64,000 nucleotides of DNA, from assembly GCF_009914755.1 (NCBI RefSeq), contig NC_060935.1. One strand, 5' to 3'. The stretch comes from the human T2T-CHM13v2.0 reference genome, Homo sapiens. Below are positions 15,085 to 30,205 of the stretch, piece by piece (position 1 is the first letter of the stretch; each line of letters begins with the position of its first letter). A program made the position numbers and the translations under genes. The notes below the pieces were generated by a model. It worked only from the letters and a program-made list of their open reading frames with translations. It searched no databases and was not told the origin of the DNA.

Positions 15085-15248
15085 TTTAAATGTAAAATGC
15101 CAAACTATAAACACCCCGAAAGACGGCTGCAGTGATCCGAGATTGTACCACTGCACTCCAGCCTGGGTGAAAAAGCGAGACCTTGTGTCAAAAAAAGAAA
15201 AAAAAAAATTTAAATGTGAAATGCCAAACTATAAAAACCCAGAAAGAC
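14996..15248 (+). repeat. Tandem duplication of ~125 bp spanning an Alu 3' end and L1 junction
   Basis: Units 14996-15124 and 15125-15248 both read ggctgcagtga...gtgtca-An-tttaaatgt.aaatgccaaactataaa..ccc.gaaagac. Confidence 0.92.
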
Positions 15249-16373
15249 AACCTAGGCAACACCATTCTGGACACAGGAACAAGCAAAGATTTCATGACAA
15301 AGATACCAAAGGCAATTGCAAAAAAAAGCAAACATGGAAAAATGGGATATGATTAAACTTAAGAGCTTCTGTACAACAAAAGAAACTATCAACAGAATAA
15401 GCAGACAACCTACAGAATGGGAGAAAATATTTGCAAACTATGCATCTGAAAAAGTCTAGTATCCAGCATGTATAAGAAACTTAAATAAATTTACAAGAAG
15501 AAACAACCCAATTATAAAGTAGGCAAAGGACATAAACAGATACTTTACAAAATATGACATACATGCAGTCAACAAGTATATGAAGAAAAGATCAACATCG
15601 CTGTCATTAGAGAAAAGCAAATCGAAACCACAATGAGATACCATCTTACACCAGACAGAATGGCTATTATTCAAAAGTCAAAAAAATACCAGATGCTGGT
15701 GAGGTTGCAGAGAAAAGCAAATACTTATACACTGTTGGTGGGAGTGTAAATTAATTTAACCATTGTAGAAAGCATTGTGTGACAATTCTTCAAAAAACTA
15801 AAATCAGAACTACAATTTAACCCAGCAATCCCATTACTGGGTATATTCTCTAAGGAATATAAATCATTCTACCATAGAGATACATGCATGTGTATGTTCA
15901 TTGCAACACTATTTACAATAGCAAAGACATGGAATTAACCTAAATGTCCATCAATGACAGATTAGATAAAGAAAATGTGGTACGTATGCACCATGAAATA
16001 CTATGCAGCCATAAAAAAGAATGAGATCATGTCTTTTGCAGGAACACGGATAAAGCTGGAGGACATTATCTTAGCAAACTAATGCAGGAACAGAAAACCA
16101 AATACCTCATTTTCTCACTTGTAAGTGGGAACTAAATGATGATAACTCATGGACACAAAGAGGGGAACAACAAATACTGGGGCATACTTGAGGGTGGAGG
16201 GAGAGAAGCAGAAAAAAATAATGATTAGATATTAGGATTAGTAAGTGGGTGACAAAATAGTCTGTACAAAAAACCCCCATGACATGAGTTTACCTGTATA
16301 ACAAACCTGCACATATACCCCTGAACTTAAAATACAAATTCAAAACAAAACAAAACAAAACAAAACAAAAAAC

Positions 16374-16713
<340 letters not shown>

Positions 16714-17259
16714 CTAATAGTGTAGGAAGTAATCCATAAAAACAAATCATAGATTTCCTTTTATTGTTGTTTAAAATGGCTCTCTAATGTTGAATAATAC
16801 ATAATAGAGTTCATATTATATTTCAGGGCCTTATTTCTCAAGTATAAAAAACTACTTTGTTGTTGAATTTGCCCTGTGAGAGTCTATTAATGTATATCTG
16901 TTTCTTTACTAGCATTCTTAGAGAACTCCTATGGGTGAGGGAACTATTCTGTGTATTTAACATACATGATCTCATTTAATTCTACAACTCCAAGAAGTGG
17001 GATACTATCTTCACTTAACAGAAGCCTGAAAATTTAGAAAAGGGACCAGCTGAATATTGGACAGTTACAACCTTCAGAATTAATATACACACGTAGGGCT
17101 TTCTGAGGACTGGGTGTTAGGGTTCTACTTTATTAATTTCCAAACTTTTGGAAAATGCTTTCCAGTTTGTGAACCCTAAAAGTGTCAAGAAAAAAGAAAG
17201 ATTATATTAATATTTATTTTCTGTTTCAGCAAATGGAGGCCAATATTTTCAGAGTGGGA

Positions 17260-17810
17260 GAGAATTTGGAGTAATGGGAGATTCAACTACATGAGACCAA
17301 TCCAAATAAAAGAAATTTTCATGTCCTCATTATAATAATGTCAAATAAAAGACCAAGGAAACTCTCCACAAGTATTCCATAACATCTTAAGCTATAATAA
17401 GACTTTCATATATTCTGTATTTTAGAAGCACATAGAAGAAGCACATTCAAACTGAAGAGGGAAAGCCCGTAAATAAAACGACATATGATAAACAGAAGAA
17501 CTGGTTGCTACTTAGTCTGCACTGGAGATGACTAATGAGGTGTGCCAGCTGTTTTTGCAAATTGTCTGGGTAGGAAGGCAAAATAAGGACTAGGAAATGG
17601 GTGGGACTATCAAAGACAGGTTCAACAGATGACAATTGCACAAATAATAATGAAGGGTTTCCTAACAATTAAGTTGGCCTAAAGATGAGATGAGGTTCCT
17701 TATATGAGGTGGATGAACTGTCAAGAGAGGTAAGATTACCACCTGGCAGGAGTAGTTTGGTGGGTATTCACTTATTAACTGAGAGTTGGAGTGATGATCC
17801 TTCATAGCTG
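17260..17810 (+). mobile_element. Probable L3/CR1 relic fragments
   Basis: gtaatgggagattcaactac resembles the CR1 endonuclease VMGDFNY motif with a 1-nt loss; tttcctaacaattaag resembles the L3 3' end. Confidence 0.35.
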
Positions 17811-18324
17811 AGAATTTATAACTGTGGTAAATCATCTTTCTGCTTAAACTTTACAAAGATCGTTTTCCTTTGGAATCTGTATTTAATGACTTTTTGTTCT
17901 CTGTCTGTCTCAAAACCTAGAGATTGACTGAGCAAACTCAGTGCTTTGGTGATGCAGAAAAATGTTGTGACTTGAAAAGAGTTCTACCAATTGACAGCTG
18001 AGAAAACCTAACTTAAAAAAAACCTAACTTAATGATGTTTATTGCCAACTCAAACAGCAACCATCCCCCTCACCAAAATTAACAGGGGCTGAATTAGTGA
18101 GAGAAACTGTACTTCCGAACTTCAATAGTCCCCCTTCAGTTTCAGCAACCATCTCACCACAAAAAACCTCAACTTTCTATATGACATTTTCTCCCTGGAC
18201 TTCTGTTTCTAGGCCACAATACAACTTTTCCATTTGCTGCCAAACACGTGAAGAATTTATGAACAAAATGAAATGTAAAATTTTTACCAATGAAAGAAGA
18301 ATTAATGAAATCAGAATAAAGACA

Positions 18325-18900
18325 TTTCTTTTTCATTTATTCAAAAGTTATCTGGTACCCACTAAATGCAATGTACTCTGGAAAGTGTATATACATAGTG
18401 GATACAACACAAATTAAATTCTAACTTTGGGGAAACATAATCTGTGGTACAAAATATCACACCTACTGGAGGATATGAATTATTTACATAGATTATTAGT
18501 ATGTGAAGTAAAGCATGTAATTGAATGATATATAAAGAATCTAAAGACATCGCTATCAGAATTCTGAACAGAATATAATTAATTATAACTTAATGGGCAG
18601 AAGTGGGGGAAGTAGGACAAAAGATAAAGTTTAGACACTTGGAGAAACACCTGGAGGTGGGGAAAAGAAGGCAAAGAAGTACAGATACAATGTAAAGTAA
18701 AATAAATAGGATAGACTTTAGCAACTGCATGGAATAATTAGTCATTTAGGCTGGAAATTAGGCAAGCTACAGTGAGTGGTGAGATGAGGCTATAAAATAT
18801 TTTGGGGTTGGATCAGGGAAGGCCTTATATATACTTATTTGGAAAATAATTGGAAGTCAAACATGTTTCAGGAAGATAATCCTCACAGTTCTCAGAAGGA
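18325..18900 (-). mobile_element. L2 relic
   Basis: ttcatttattcaaaagttatctggtacccactaaatgc tail; gatcagggaaggcctt motif. Confidence 0.5.
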
Positions 18901-20179
18901 TAAGTGGGAGGCATGAGAGAAGCCAAGAGTCTCACTGGGAAAGTATCCTCACTGTCCCCCAAACCTTATTGGGAATGAAATATCTGTTTTAACTCTGAAC
19001 ATGCCAAGCCTCCTAAAAAGGATCCTAGCTCTTTTGCCGTTACCCTATTGTCTCATTTTCACTTTTCATTAACTTTTGCTTAAACAAAGAAGGCAGACTC
19101 TAAAGACAGATCATTATATTTGAAATCAATGTCAAGTCTTACAGGAGAAAAATAATAAAAGTCCATTGATGCTGTAAGACATTGAAAAATGGGCATTGTT
19201 TGACTTCAGTGGATGACTGATGTGTGTTTGTAAAAGCTCCTATTCTAAGAGGAACAAAGCATTCTCCTGAAAGACTAGCTTCTTTTTTTCTGTCTAATTT
19301 TAGTTTCTTTTTCCTACATCTGTTATTATGTGGCTCCAACTTAAAAAAAAAAAAAAACTGTTTTACTACCTCTCCTCACACTAGGTAATCCTTTCAGGAG
19401 CAGCTTAGTTAGAAGGTCATTTCTATTATGCCTTCTTTCAATCTAGGAAGTGACAATCACACAAAGGTCTTCTCCCAGCATACTCCCGTTGCTCCCGTTG
19501 GATTACACAGGCAATGCTACGAATGTGTTTCCTGGAACAGATCTGCATCCAGAGAACCTGTAAGGCAAGGAGAAAAGCTTCTTGATATATTTATGCTCAT
19601 TTATAATGTAGATAGCCACACTGAGCAAAGAGAGTGGATGCATTTTGGGAACTAAAGAAAAATCTTAAAACCAATGTCCTTGATCCCTATACTGTTTTGT
19701 ATGCACTATTTTAAATAAACAATTTCATTTAAAAGCATTGCACTCCTGACAATATTGCTTTGGGAGTCTGTTGAAAAATCTAAATTTCAAATAAAGTATA
19801 AAATGATGCATAATTTCTAATTACCAAGTTTTATGTACAGTAGATATGATTAAATGTAACATAAAGGAACTTATGGGTTGGTACATTAGAAACATATGTT
19901 GTCAGAGAGAGTGACATCTAAAGATCCTGACATAGTCACCCAATTTTAAAGGTATTAATGTGTACTTTTGGTTAAGTCAATAAAACTCACAATAAAAAGT
20001 TGCTTTCAGCTGAGAGGTAACTGCATAGAATGGGCCTTGGTATTTTTATTGTTGTTGTTTTTGTTATTGTTTGTTTTGCTTCTTTCACTTCCTGGCCACC
20101 CTATTACTACACAATTAACTCTTCCAATGGCTCATTGTTAATCTACAAAGAATGCAATAGGTTTATTAAAATACAGTCG

Positions 20180-20616
<437 letters not shown>

Positions 20617-21078
20617 CTATTTTTTTTTAACTGCGTGTGGCTTCCATCTTCTCTTGAGTAGAGCCTGCTTTGTGGATGTTACTGCATTTGTCGTTACTGC
20701 ATGGTAAACAGTTGTCAACTATTACTATCCTGGTTTTACAGATGACAAAACAGAAATGCTGGTAGTTTGTGACTTCCTCGGTATTACAAAACAGAACTGA
20801 AGCTGCAGTTCTGTTTTGGACCTATTAGGTTACCAATATATTTAAATAAGAAGAGGATTGTATGAGGCAGTTACAGAAGGAGAGGGGTATAGTTTTTAAT
20901 TATATACCATAATCTCAATTTTTGTAGGCTAATTTGCCAGGTCTGTGTAATGGAAAAAACTATGACGTTGAGCTTCCAAATCTTGCACATGATCTTGAAG
21001 CAAATTAAAAGGCACAGCCAGTATTTTAACCAAGCTTACTCCTAAAACTATTCCCACTGCATTTTAAAGGTAGGTTTT

Positions 21079-21635
21079 TACCCAGTAATGGGATTGCTGT
21101 CTCATTACTGAGTATATACCCAAAGGATTATAAATCATTCTATTATTAAGACACATGCACACATATGTTTATTACAACACTATTCACAATAGCAAAAACT
21201 TGGAACCAACCCAAATGCCCATCAATGATAGTCTGGATAAAGAAAATGTGGCACATATACACCATGGAATCCTATGCAGCCATAAAAAAGGATGCGTTCG
21301 TGTCCTTTGCAGGGACGTGGATGAAGTTGGAAACCATCATTCTCAGCAAACTGACACAGGATCAGAAAACCAAACACCACATGTTCTCACTCATACGTGG
21401 GGGTTGAACAGTGAGAACACATGGACACAGGAACAGGAACATCACACACCTTGGCCTCTTGGGAGTTGGCTAGGGGAGGGATAGCATTAGGAGATACACC
21501 TAATGTAGATGACAGGTTGATGGGTGCAGCAAACCACCATGGCACGTGCATACCTGTGTAACAAAGCTGCATGTTCTGCACATGTATTCCAGAACTTAAG
21601 GTATAATAAAATAAATTAAATTAAAATTAAAAAGT
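21079..21635 (+). mobile_element. Short 3' L1PA7/8-like fragment with a 21-bp 5' inversion
   Basis: KTWNQPKCPS..WIKKMWHIYTME ORF2 end and 3'UTR (caaaccaccatggcacg); 21079-21099 is antisense L1. Confidence 0.92.
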
Positions 21636-21799
21636 TACAGGAAAAAAATAAGTGGAATGAAATAATATGAAAAAAATAAAGATATTTTATTTTTTATTAC
21701 ATGCAATATTTATTTGTCTTTATCTGTCGGAGGGACTGCATAACAACAGTAACTGTTGCTTAGACATCTGGACTTTGTATCTTTAGAAAAATAGAGATA

Positions 21800-22036
21800 C
21801 AGGTTGAATAGCCCTTATCCAAAATTCTTGGGACTAGAAGTGTTTCAACTTTTGGATTTTTTGGAGTTTTTGTAATATTTGCATTTTACTTACTGGTTCA
21901 GCATGCCTAATTAGAAAAGCCCACATCTGAAATACTTTAATGAGCATTTTCTCTGAGTGCCATGTCAGTACTGAAAATGTTTTAAATTTTAGACCATTTT
22001 GAATTTCAAATTTTCAGATAAGGAATACTCAACCTC
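21800..22036. mobile_element. Tigger4a / MER46A-like MITE (TcMar-Tigger)
   Basis: TIRs caggttgaatagcccttatc / gataaggaatactcaacctc; TA dinucleotides at 21798-99 and 22037-38; 237 bp. Confidence 0.88.
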
Positions 22037-23096
22037 TATTTGAATCCAGCGTCCAAAATTATCAATTGATAATCCTTAACCAGCAGTGGCCAGAAATGAA
22101 ATGAGCATGAGTTTTGAATTTGGACTGATCTGGCTGGATCTGAAGTGTGCCTCTACTCCAAAGTGTAAAATATTGATCAAACAATTTTATCCAACTTACT
22201 TTCTCCATCTGAGAATAGATAAAAGTCCACCTGTTTCGAATAATTGATGCAATAATTAAAGATAATCTTAGTTTTTAGTATACATGTATTCAATAAATAT
22301 TAACTATTATTATTTATGTATTTCAGACCTATTCACAGGTCAAAGAAGGACTGTCACAATTCTTAAATCTCCAATTTATGTTGAAACAAAATCATGGAGA
22401 ATCTAACATATTCTTGGGAAAATATATATCGTGTGATTGATTTCAGAACATATCTGTATTGTTAATGTGTGTTCTATAACTAATTCCCTGTGTCTTTGCA
22501 ATCTTATATTAATGAAATATAGATTCTGAAGTAAATTATACCTATAAGATTTAAATATTCAATTGAATATCTTTTCAATGGCAGTTTATTATGAGAACCA
22601 AAACCAATGAGAATCTTTCTAAATTGAAAACAATCAGCAGTCACTAAATTGTATCTATCACAAGGTAAAAGAAATAAGAGAGTCAGCCATTAGAAATCAA
22701 AGTTCCATTAAAAATGTTAATAATAATTACCTTTTACTTAGTTGAAAATAAGTAACTCAAAACTGACATTTGGTGAAGAGATATATATTTATATATACAT
22801 ATATTTGTAATAACTACATTTGTAAGAAGGTCATTACTTTTCCCTTAGTTAAGAATGTGAGGCAGTGTATAAAGACCTTTGAAATCCAGGGATCATATAT
22901 CCTATTAGCTTTACACACCTTAACTGATTTATTTGAAAGTGATAAGATGATTCAACTGAAAAAATTATTTATAAAAATTTGTATATTTCATAAGAGACTT
23001 ATATATATTGAATTGGAAGGTAAGTTTTTATACTTGGAGAAAGGAGGCCACAGAACAATTTCATTTGCAAAAAAATAAAAATTTAATATCCTACAG

Positions 23097-23467
23097 TGTC
23101 TTAGTCCATTTTCACGCTGCTGATAAAGACATACCTGTGATTAGGCAATTTACAAAAGAAAGAGGTTTAATTGGACTTACAGTTCCACATGGCTGGGAAG
23201 CCTCACAATCATGGCAGAAGGCAATGAGGAGCAAGTATCATCTGATGTGGGAGGCGGCAGGCGAAGAGAGGAGAGAGTTTGTGCAGAGAAACTCTTGTTT
23301 TTAAAACCATCAGCTCTCGTGAGACCCATTCACTATCAAGAGAATAGCACAGGAAAGACCCACCCCTATGATTCAATCATCTCCTACCAGGTCACTCCCA
23401 CAGCATGTGGGAATTATGGGAGCTACATGATGAGATTTGGGTAGGGACATGGAGCCAAACCTTATCA
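23097..23467 (-). mobile_element. THE1 (THE1A/B) MaLR solo LTR
   Basis: tgtcttagtccattttcacgctgctgataaagacatacc...gccaaaccttatca; perfect 5-bp TSD tacag (23092-96 / 23468-72). Confidence 0.95.
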
Positions 23468-25271
23468 TACAGATTAAAAGCATGGCCTAAATTCCAAAAT
23501 GTTAGGAGAGGAGACAATATTTAATTTATTTAACACTAACTAGTTGAGCCATGAATATTATGGCTATCATTTAATTCCCAAAATTTAGTCTTTGAGTTAA
23601 AATTTTCAGCTTGGAATCAGACGAACTGAAAAGACCTTTTGATAATATCCAATTTTAATCCAAACTGAATTTTTTAAAAAATAGGTCCACCTCAGACTGA
23701 GCAAAAAAGAGAAAAAGTTTATATTATTTAATATTTTTCAGGGGTTCAATGTATTTTAAAGTAAGCTACAGTTATCTACTTAGACCAATTTGAAGAAAAT
23801 CAGAAGACCTTTAAACTAAGCAACAACTTGGGAAATTAAAGAGTTTTCTTAATTCCTTTGAGTTTATTCTAAGCATTTATTTGTTTATGTAATGCTTACT
23901 GAAGTCTGCCTCGGCATAAAGTAAGACATTTGGAGTCCAAATCAGAAATTTGAATAGCAAGCTCATAAATTATAGATAATAGAATTACTGAGCAATGAGA
24001 ACCTTAGAGATTATCAAGTCCTCTTTACTTGAGAGATGAGGAAGTTAAAGGTGTTAAAATTTCAAAGCATTTTCACCTATATCATCTCAATCATTTTCAT
24101 AGCAGCTTTGTGAGGGAGGGGTGTAGATAGTAGCAATGCAATTTTACAAATGAAGGGAAAAATACTATCTCTCACTGGTCACTAGTGGCAACAAGAGATA
24201 TGGGGGACTGTTAAGGATACTGGGTCCTTGAAGGCAGGCACAGAAAAATTCAGGGACATCTGTAGTGATGAATAGGGAAGAGGAATAAGCAAAAACCTAT
24301 AAGACAATCCCAGAAGGAGACCAAAGATAGGATGTACAATAGCTGTGTCACTGTGGGCTCCTAAATTTCAGGAGCTGGTATTTAGCTACTCAGGAATGGA
24401 GAGTAGAATGGAATGGGTCGGCTACTGGTTAAGCTAATACTCTGTCCAAGTCAGTCTCAGGTATTGAGGAAGCAGAACAGAGCATTTTTCCCACCAGTAA
24501 GAATAAAACCCTAAAAGATGGAACTGTTTGTTACTGTAGCTCTAGGAGAAGCCCAGTAAGTGGAAAGCAAGACAAACGTGTGTAGGAGGGCAGGCTCTAC
24601 CTCTTTCTTTTGGCTTTGGACTTGGAGAAAGTTATATCTCTGTTGTTCAGTATTCTCAGAGTTCTGCCTTGAGGGAGATTAAAACTTAATGTGATAATTC
24701 ATGTTCTAATGCTTATTTGAACAAAATAATAGCTCTGAGATAAATAATAAGTTCTTATTTTTATCACCCTGATTATCATTTAAAATATACCCTTCTTGTC
24801 TGGAAGATTTCTGCAAGTGAGTCAGGCCTATAAACAACATGACAGCATCTGAACATGGAGTTAGCTGGTGGGAAATGGGCTGAAATATATTCTTCATAGC
24901 TTCAGTGTGTGATCTAAAGTTACTGTAGACAAAATGGAAAGACAGATTCCTTCCTTCCAAGTCATTTTTTTCCCTTTCATAAGCCATTATGGCTTTGCAA
25001 ACTGTTTTCAAATTAAAAAAGAAAAAAACAGTTATTTTGTTAGTCTCAAAGGGGTATTTAAATGAGACCACAAGTATCCATCATAACGTTTATAACTTCA
25101 ATTTTATAAAAAGTCTACCACTACTTGGGGTAAAGTTGCTAATTTAATTAACATATGGGGTGTTCTAGTGTAACTACTTTAATGCTCCACATTCTAGGAT
25201 ACCTAAACATCCATGGCAGGTGAGTCACTCAATGTACAACAAAGATACCACCCAATAACACAATATCTGTG

Positions 25272-25706
25272 GTGTATATATCTATACACACACACATATA
25301 TACACATATGTATATATGTATAACCGTATATATGTATATTACATATACATATATATACACATATATGTATATGTGTATGTGTATATATGAATATTATATA
25401 TGTGCATATATAAATATATGTATATATTGTATATATGCATCTATACACATATGTATATATGAGTGTATATGTATGTACATATGCATATACATGTGTAAAT
25501 ATATATGTATATGCATATATGTATTACATGTACACATGCATGTACATATATGTATGTGTGTAATGTATATATATGTACATATATACATGTATTCATATAC
25601 ATGTGTATACATCTATACATATTTACTTGTGCATATATATGGTGTGAATATATATGTATACATACACACACACACACGCACACACATATATATATACACA
25701 TATATA
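25272..25706. repeat. ~430-bp (TATATG/CATATA)-type simple repeat
   Basis: Near-continuous alternating purine-pyrimidine low-complexity tract. Confidence 0.95.
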
Positions 25707-25789
25707 GCACTCCTGGTCTTGCCACATGTAGTGTGTTTTTGGAGGCTCTTTGTCTCCTCTTACCAGAAAACTCATGGTAAACCTCCAAT

Positions 25790-26890
25790 AAATTAGTGTT
25801 GGCTGTCTATAATTCCAAATAAGTGAAATAATACAATATGTACTTGTTTGTTTTAGTTTCTTCCACTTAGTATATCTTGTGATCTATCCATGTGATTACA
25901 TGAATCAGTAGATTTTTCCCTTATTATTCCTGAGTAATATCCCATTATATAAGTATGATCAATTTGTTTATCCATTAGCGTTTTGGTAGACATTTAGTAT
26001 GTTTGAAGTTTTTGTTTGTTATAAATACAGCTGCTGTGAACATACAGGTACATGATTTTTTTTGACATGTATTTAAATTGTTATTGAGTAGAATATCTAT
26101 AAATGAAAATATTTGCTCATAGAGCTGTTTATGTTTTACAGGAAGCATTCAAACCAGGAATATATTAATGAATACCCCTTATTCCATATTTTCACCAACA
26201 TTTGATGTCTTCAGTCTTCTGTTTTGCTTCATTTTGTTTTAAGTTTAGTCATTCTTGTGTATATGATAGTATCTCATAGTTGCTTAAATTTGCACTTTCT
26301 TAAAAGTAATCATGCTCAGCACTTTCTCTTTTTACTCATAGGCCATTTGTATGTCTTTTGTTGTTGCTAAGTTTCTGTTACAATCCTTTATCCATTTTTT
26401 ATTGATAAATAATAATTGTTATATTTATGGGGGGTACGTGTGACATTTTTATACATGCATACAATGTGTAATGGTCCAGTCAGGTTAATTGAGTTATCTA
26501 TTACTACAAATATGTATCATTTCATCATACTGGGAACATGCCAAATCTTCTCTTCTACCTGATTTGAAATATGCAAAAGTTATTAACTAGAGTCACCTAA
26601 CTTTGCTATTGAACACTGGAACTTATTCTATCTAACTGTATGTTTGTACCCATTTACCAACCTCTCTTCATCCTCCCTTTCTGCTACCCTTCCCAGCTTC
26701 TTGTAACCACTATTCCACTCCCCACTTCTATTAAATTCACATTTTTAGTTTCCATATGTGAGTAAGACATATTATTTGTCTCTCTGTGCCTGACGTTTTT
26801 CACTTAACACAACGTACTCCAGGCTTATTCACGTTGTTGCAAATGGCAGGTTTTCATTCTTTTCTATGGCTGAATAATATTCTATTTTTT
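25790..26890 (-). mobile_element. Old L1M 3' fragments (L1MC/ME-like and L1MA/MB-like), antisense
   Basis: gctgctgtgaacat, ccaacatttgatgtc, ttgcaaatggcaggttttcattctttctatggctgaataatattc motifs. Confidence 0.75.
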
Positions 26891-27304
26891 GTGCGTGTGT
26901 TTGTGTGTGTATTATATGTATACACACATTTATAAATATTTTATAAATATAAATATATTTATATTCATATTTACATGTGAATTCATTTTTTATATGTAAA
27001 TATACATATATATCTATACACAAATATATTTTTCAAGTGTTAACAGAGAGGAAATCTGAATCATAAATTCTATATCTTGAGAAAATATCCTTTAAGAATG
27101 AAGATGGGGAAAGAATTTTCACGAAAAGAGAGACAAAAGGAAATTTGTACTGGCAGGCTAAAGACATTTCTTCAAATATAAAATAAACAATAAAAGAAGA
27201 AGTCTTGAAACATTAGGAAGGAAGAACAACAAGAGAAGAAATATGGATAAATGCCATAGAATATTCTTCTCTTCCTGAGTTGCCTGAATAATATGGAGAA
27301 GTTG

Positions 27305-27439
27305 TGTTATTGGTATTTTAAGGACCTCCATTTTTAACACTAAAATAATTTCTGAATGATGGCTTTCCTTGGTACCTTGCTCATAGGTAATTGAGTCAGA
27401 ATGCCTCTGTTAGGCTCTTTCTAAACAAGGCTGAAGTTG
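27305..27439 (+). repeat. 135-bp direct repeat, copy A (copy B at 30982-31116)
   Basis: Ungapped hand alignment, 10 mismatches in 135. Confidence 0.95.
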
Positions 27440-28420
27440 TAAAATTATAACACCATCTGACACTTAAAACACTGATGATTAAAACCAGGGACCATAAAGT
27501 GTCCTAATGAAAGTAGGTTTCAACCTTCACTCAAAGTAATAAAGTGTTGCTGATAGCAGATTCTGAAAAGTCAAATATGTATACGATAGTGCCCAGAACA
27601 GTCACTAAGGAAAATAAACAAAGTCGTACACCCTCAAACCCTGTAAATAAACCAAGAAGGAATCCTAAAATTGTTCACATAACCCACAAGAAGGCGAGAA
27701 AACAGAAGACAAATAGAGAAGAAACAGACGAAAAGACAGAAAACAGAGAAGAAAATGGCAGACATAGTCTCTAACATATCAATATTTACCTTAATTACAA
27801 ATGCTGTAAGTAGATCAACTGAAAGGCGGAGATTGGCAGAGTGAATGAAGACCAAAAACCAGACACCCCTTCTAGAGAATAATACAAAAGAACATCTAGT
27901 TGACTGCGAGTTAGGCAATGGCTTTTTAGACATAACACCAAAGATATGATCCATGAAAAAAAGAATTGATAAACAGGACTACATTAAAACTAAAAATTAA
28001 AAATTTTTGCTCTGTGAAAAACAATGTCAAGAGAAAGAAGATGAGCCACAGCCTGGTAGAAAAAATAAAAATTACAGCTAGATAAAAGAATAAGTTCTAA
28101 TGTTCTATTACTAGTTCTAGTGTTCAATTACTTACACACAATTCAATTATTAAAATACAGTTTCTGATAATTACAAGGAGACTATTTAATGTTCCTAACA
28201 CAAAGAAATTATAAATATTTGAGATTACAGATATGCAAATTACCCTGATCTGATTGCTGTAATTATATGTATCAAAACAACACTACCCCATAACTTTATG
28301 TGGCATAAATCGACACATAATACAAAATTTAAAACTTTTAAATTTTTCATAAAATATTTAAATGGACACATAATAATTGTACACATTTATGCTGTATATA
28401 GTGATGTTTTGATGCATATA

Positions 28421-28710
<290 letters not shown>

Positions 28711-29877
28711 CTAGAAAAAAAATTTAAAAATCTGATAAATTAGTTATCCAATGTATATGAAGGACTTGTAAAACTCAACAATAAGAAAAAAATAATTAAA
28801 GTATTACTAAAACTTTTAACAGGCACTTCACCAAAAAAGACATACACATCTCAAGCATATGAAAAAATGCTCAATATCATATATTATCCAGGTAGCAGAA
28901 ATTAAAGCAACAATGGGTACCATTACACACCTATTAGAATGGCTAAAATTCAGGACACTGACAACACTAAATGTTAGCAGGGATGTGGAGCAACAAAAAC
29001 TCTCATTTGGTTCTGATTTAAATGCACATTGTACAGCTACTTTGGAAAATAGTTTGGCAGTTTCTTACATAGCTAAACATGGTCTTACCAAAAGATCCAG
29101 CAATCATATTCCTAGCTATTTATACAAATGAGTTAAAATTAAAATCTGCACACATATATTTATGTAAGCTTCATTTATAATTGTCAAAGGTTGGAAACAA
29201 CCAAAACAATCAAGATGCTCTTCAGTAGGTGAGTGGATAAATAAGTAGTGGTACTTCCAGACAACGGAATATTTATTCATTGCTAAAAGGAAATTAGCTA
29301 TCAAGCCATGAAAAGACGTAGAAGGGTCTTACATGCATATTGTTAAGTGAAATGAGCCAATTTTAAAAGGCCATCTACTATTATAACTATGTGACATCCT
29401 GAAAGTGACAAAACTATGGAGACAATAAGATGATCAGTGGTTTCAGGGGGTTAGGAGGAATGATGAACAGGCAGAGCATAGAAAATTTTAAGAATTTTAC
29501 AAGAGTGAAACTATTCCACATGAGATTATAATGGATATATGTCATTGCAAATTTGTCCAAATGGCACCAAGACTGAACTCTGATATAATTTATGGATTTT
29601 TTGGTGAAAATCATGTGTCAGTGTAGTTTCACAAATTTTAATAAATGTTTCTCTCTGGTAATGGATAGGTAATGGGAAGGCTATAGTAAGGCTAGGGAAT
29701 AATGGAAACCTTCCAATGAATTTTGCTGTGAATCCAAATTTGCTCTAAAAAATGAAGCCTATTAAATTAAAAAAAAACAACTTTGCCTCAAATTCACTTC
29801 AAATTCAATAATATGGGTAAGTTAAATGCAAAAAGAGGGTAAAAGCAGCAGTAACTATATGAATAGCAAATACAGTA

Positions 29878-30205
29878 GGCAAGGCATGATGGCTTACACC
29901 TGTAATCCCAGCACTGTGCGGGGTCGAGGTGGGCAGATCACTTGAGGCCAGGAGATTGAGACCAGCCCGGCCAGCATGGTGAAAACCCATCTCTACTAAA
30001 AAATACAAAAATTAGCCAGGTGTGGTGGCTCAAGACTGTAATCTCAGCTACTCAGGGGGCTGAAGCACAAGAATCTTGGTTTTAACCTGGAGGCAGAGTT
30101 TGCAGTGAACCAAGATCGTGCCACTGTACTCTAGCCTGGGCGACAGAGCAAGACTCTCTCTCAAAAATAATAAGTAAATAAATAAATAATCCAATCAATC
30201 AATAA
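29878..30205 (+). mobile_element. AluS SINE with (taaa)n tail
   Basis: Full dimer. Confidence 0.92.

Larger units (their letters stand above)
13876..16373 (+). mobile_element. 5'-truncated older L1PA (L1PA13-16-like), interrupted by an Alu
   Basis: ORF2 3' half and 3'UTR ending cctgaacttaaaata plus (caaaa)n tail; TSD gccaaacatgg at 13865-13875 and 16684-16694; short deletion near 13965 removes the RT FADD region. Confidence 0.9.

Noticed and set aside
25203-25796. Several Y/I/C/H-rich ORFs up to 175 aa
   Set aside because: Produced by the stop-poor TA/TG simple repeat
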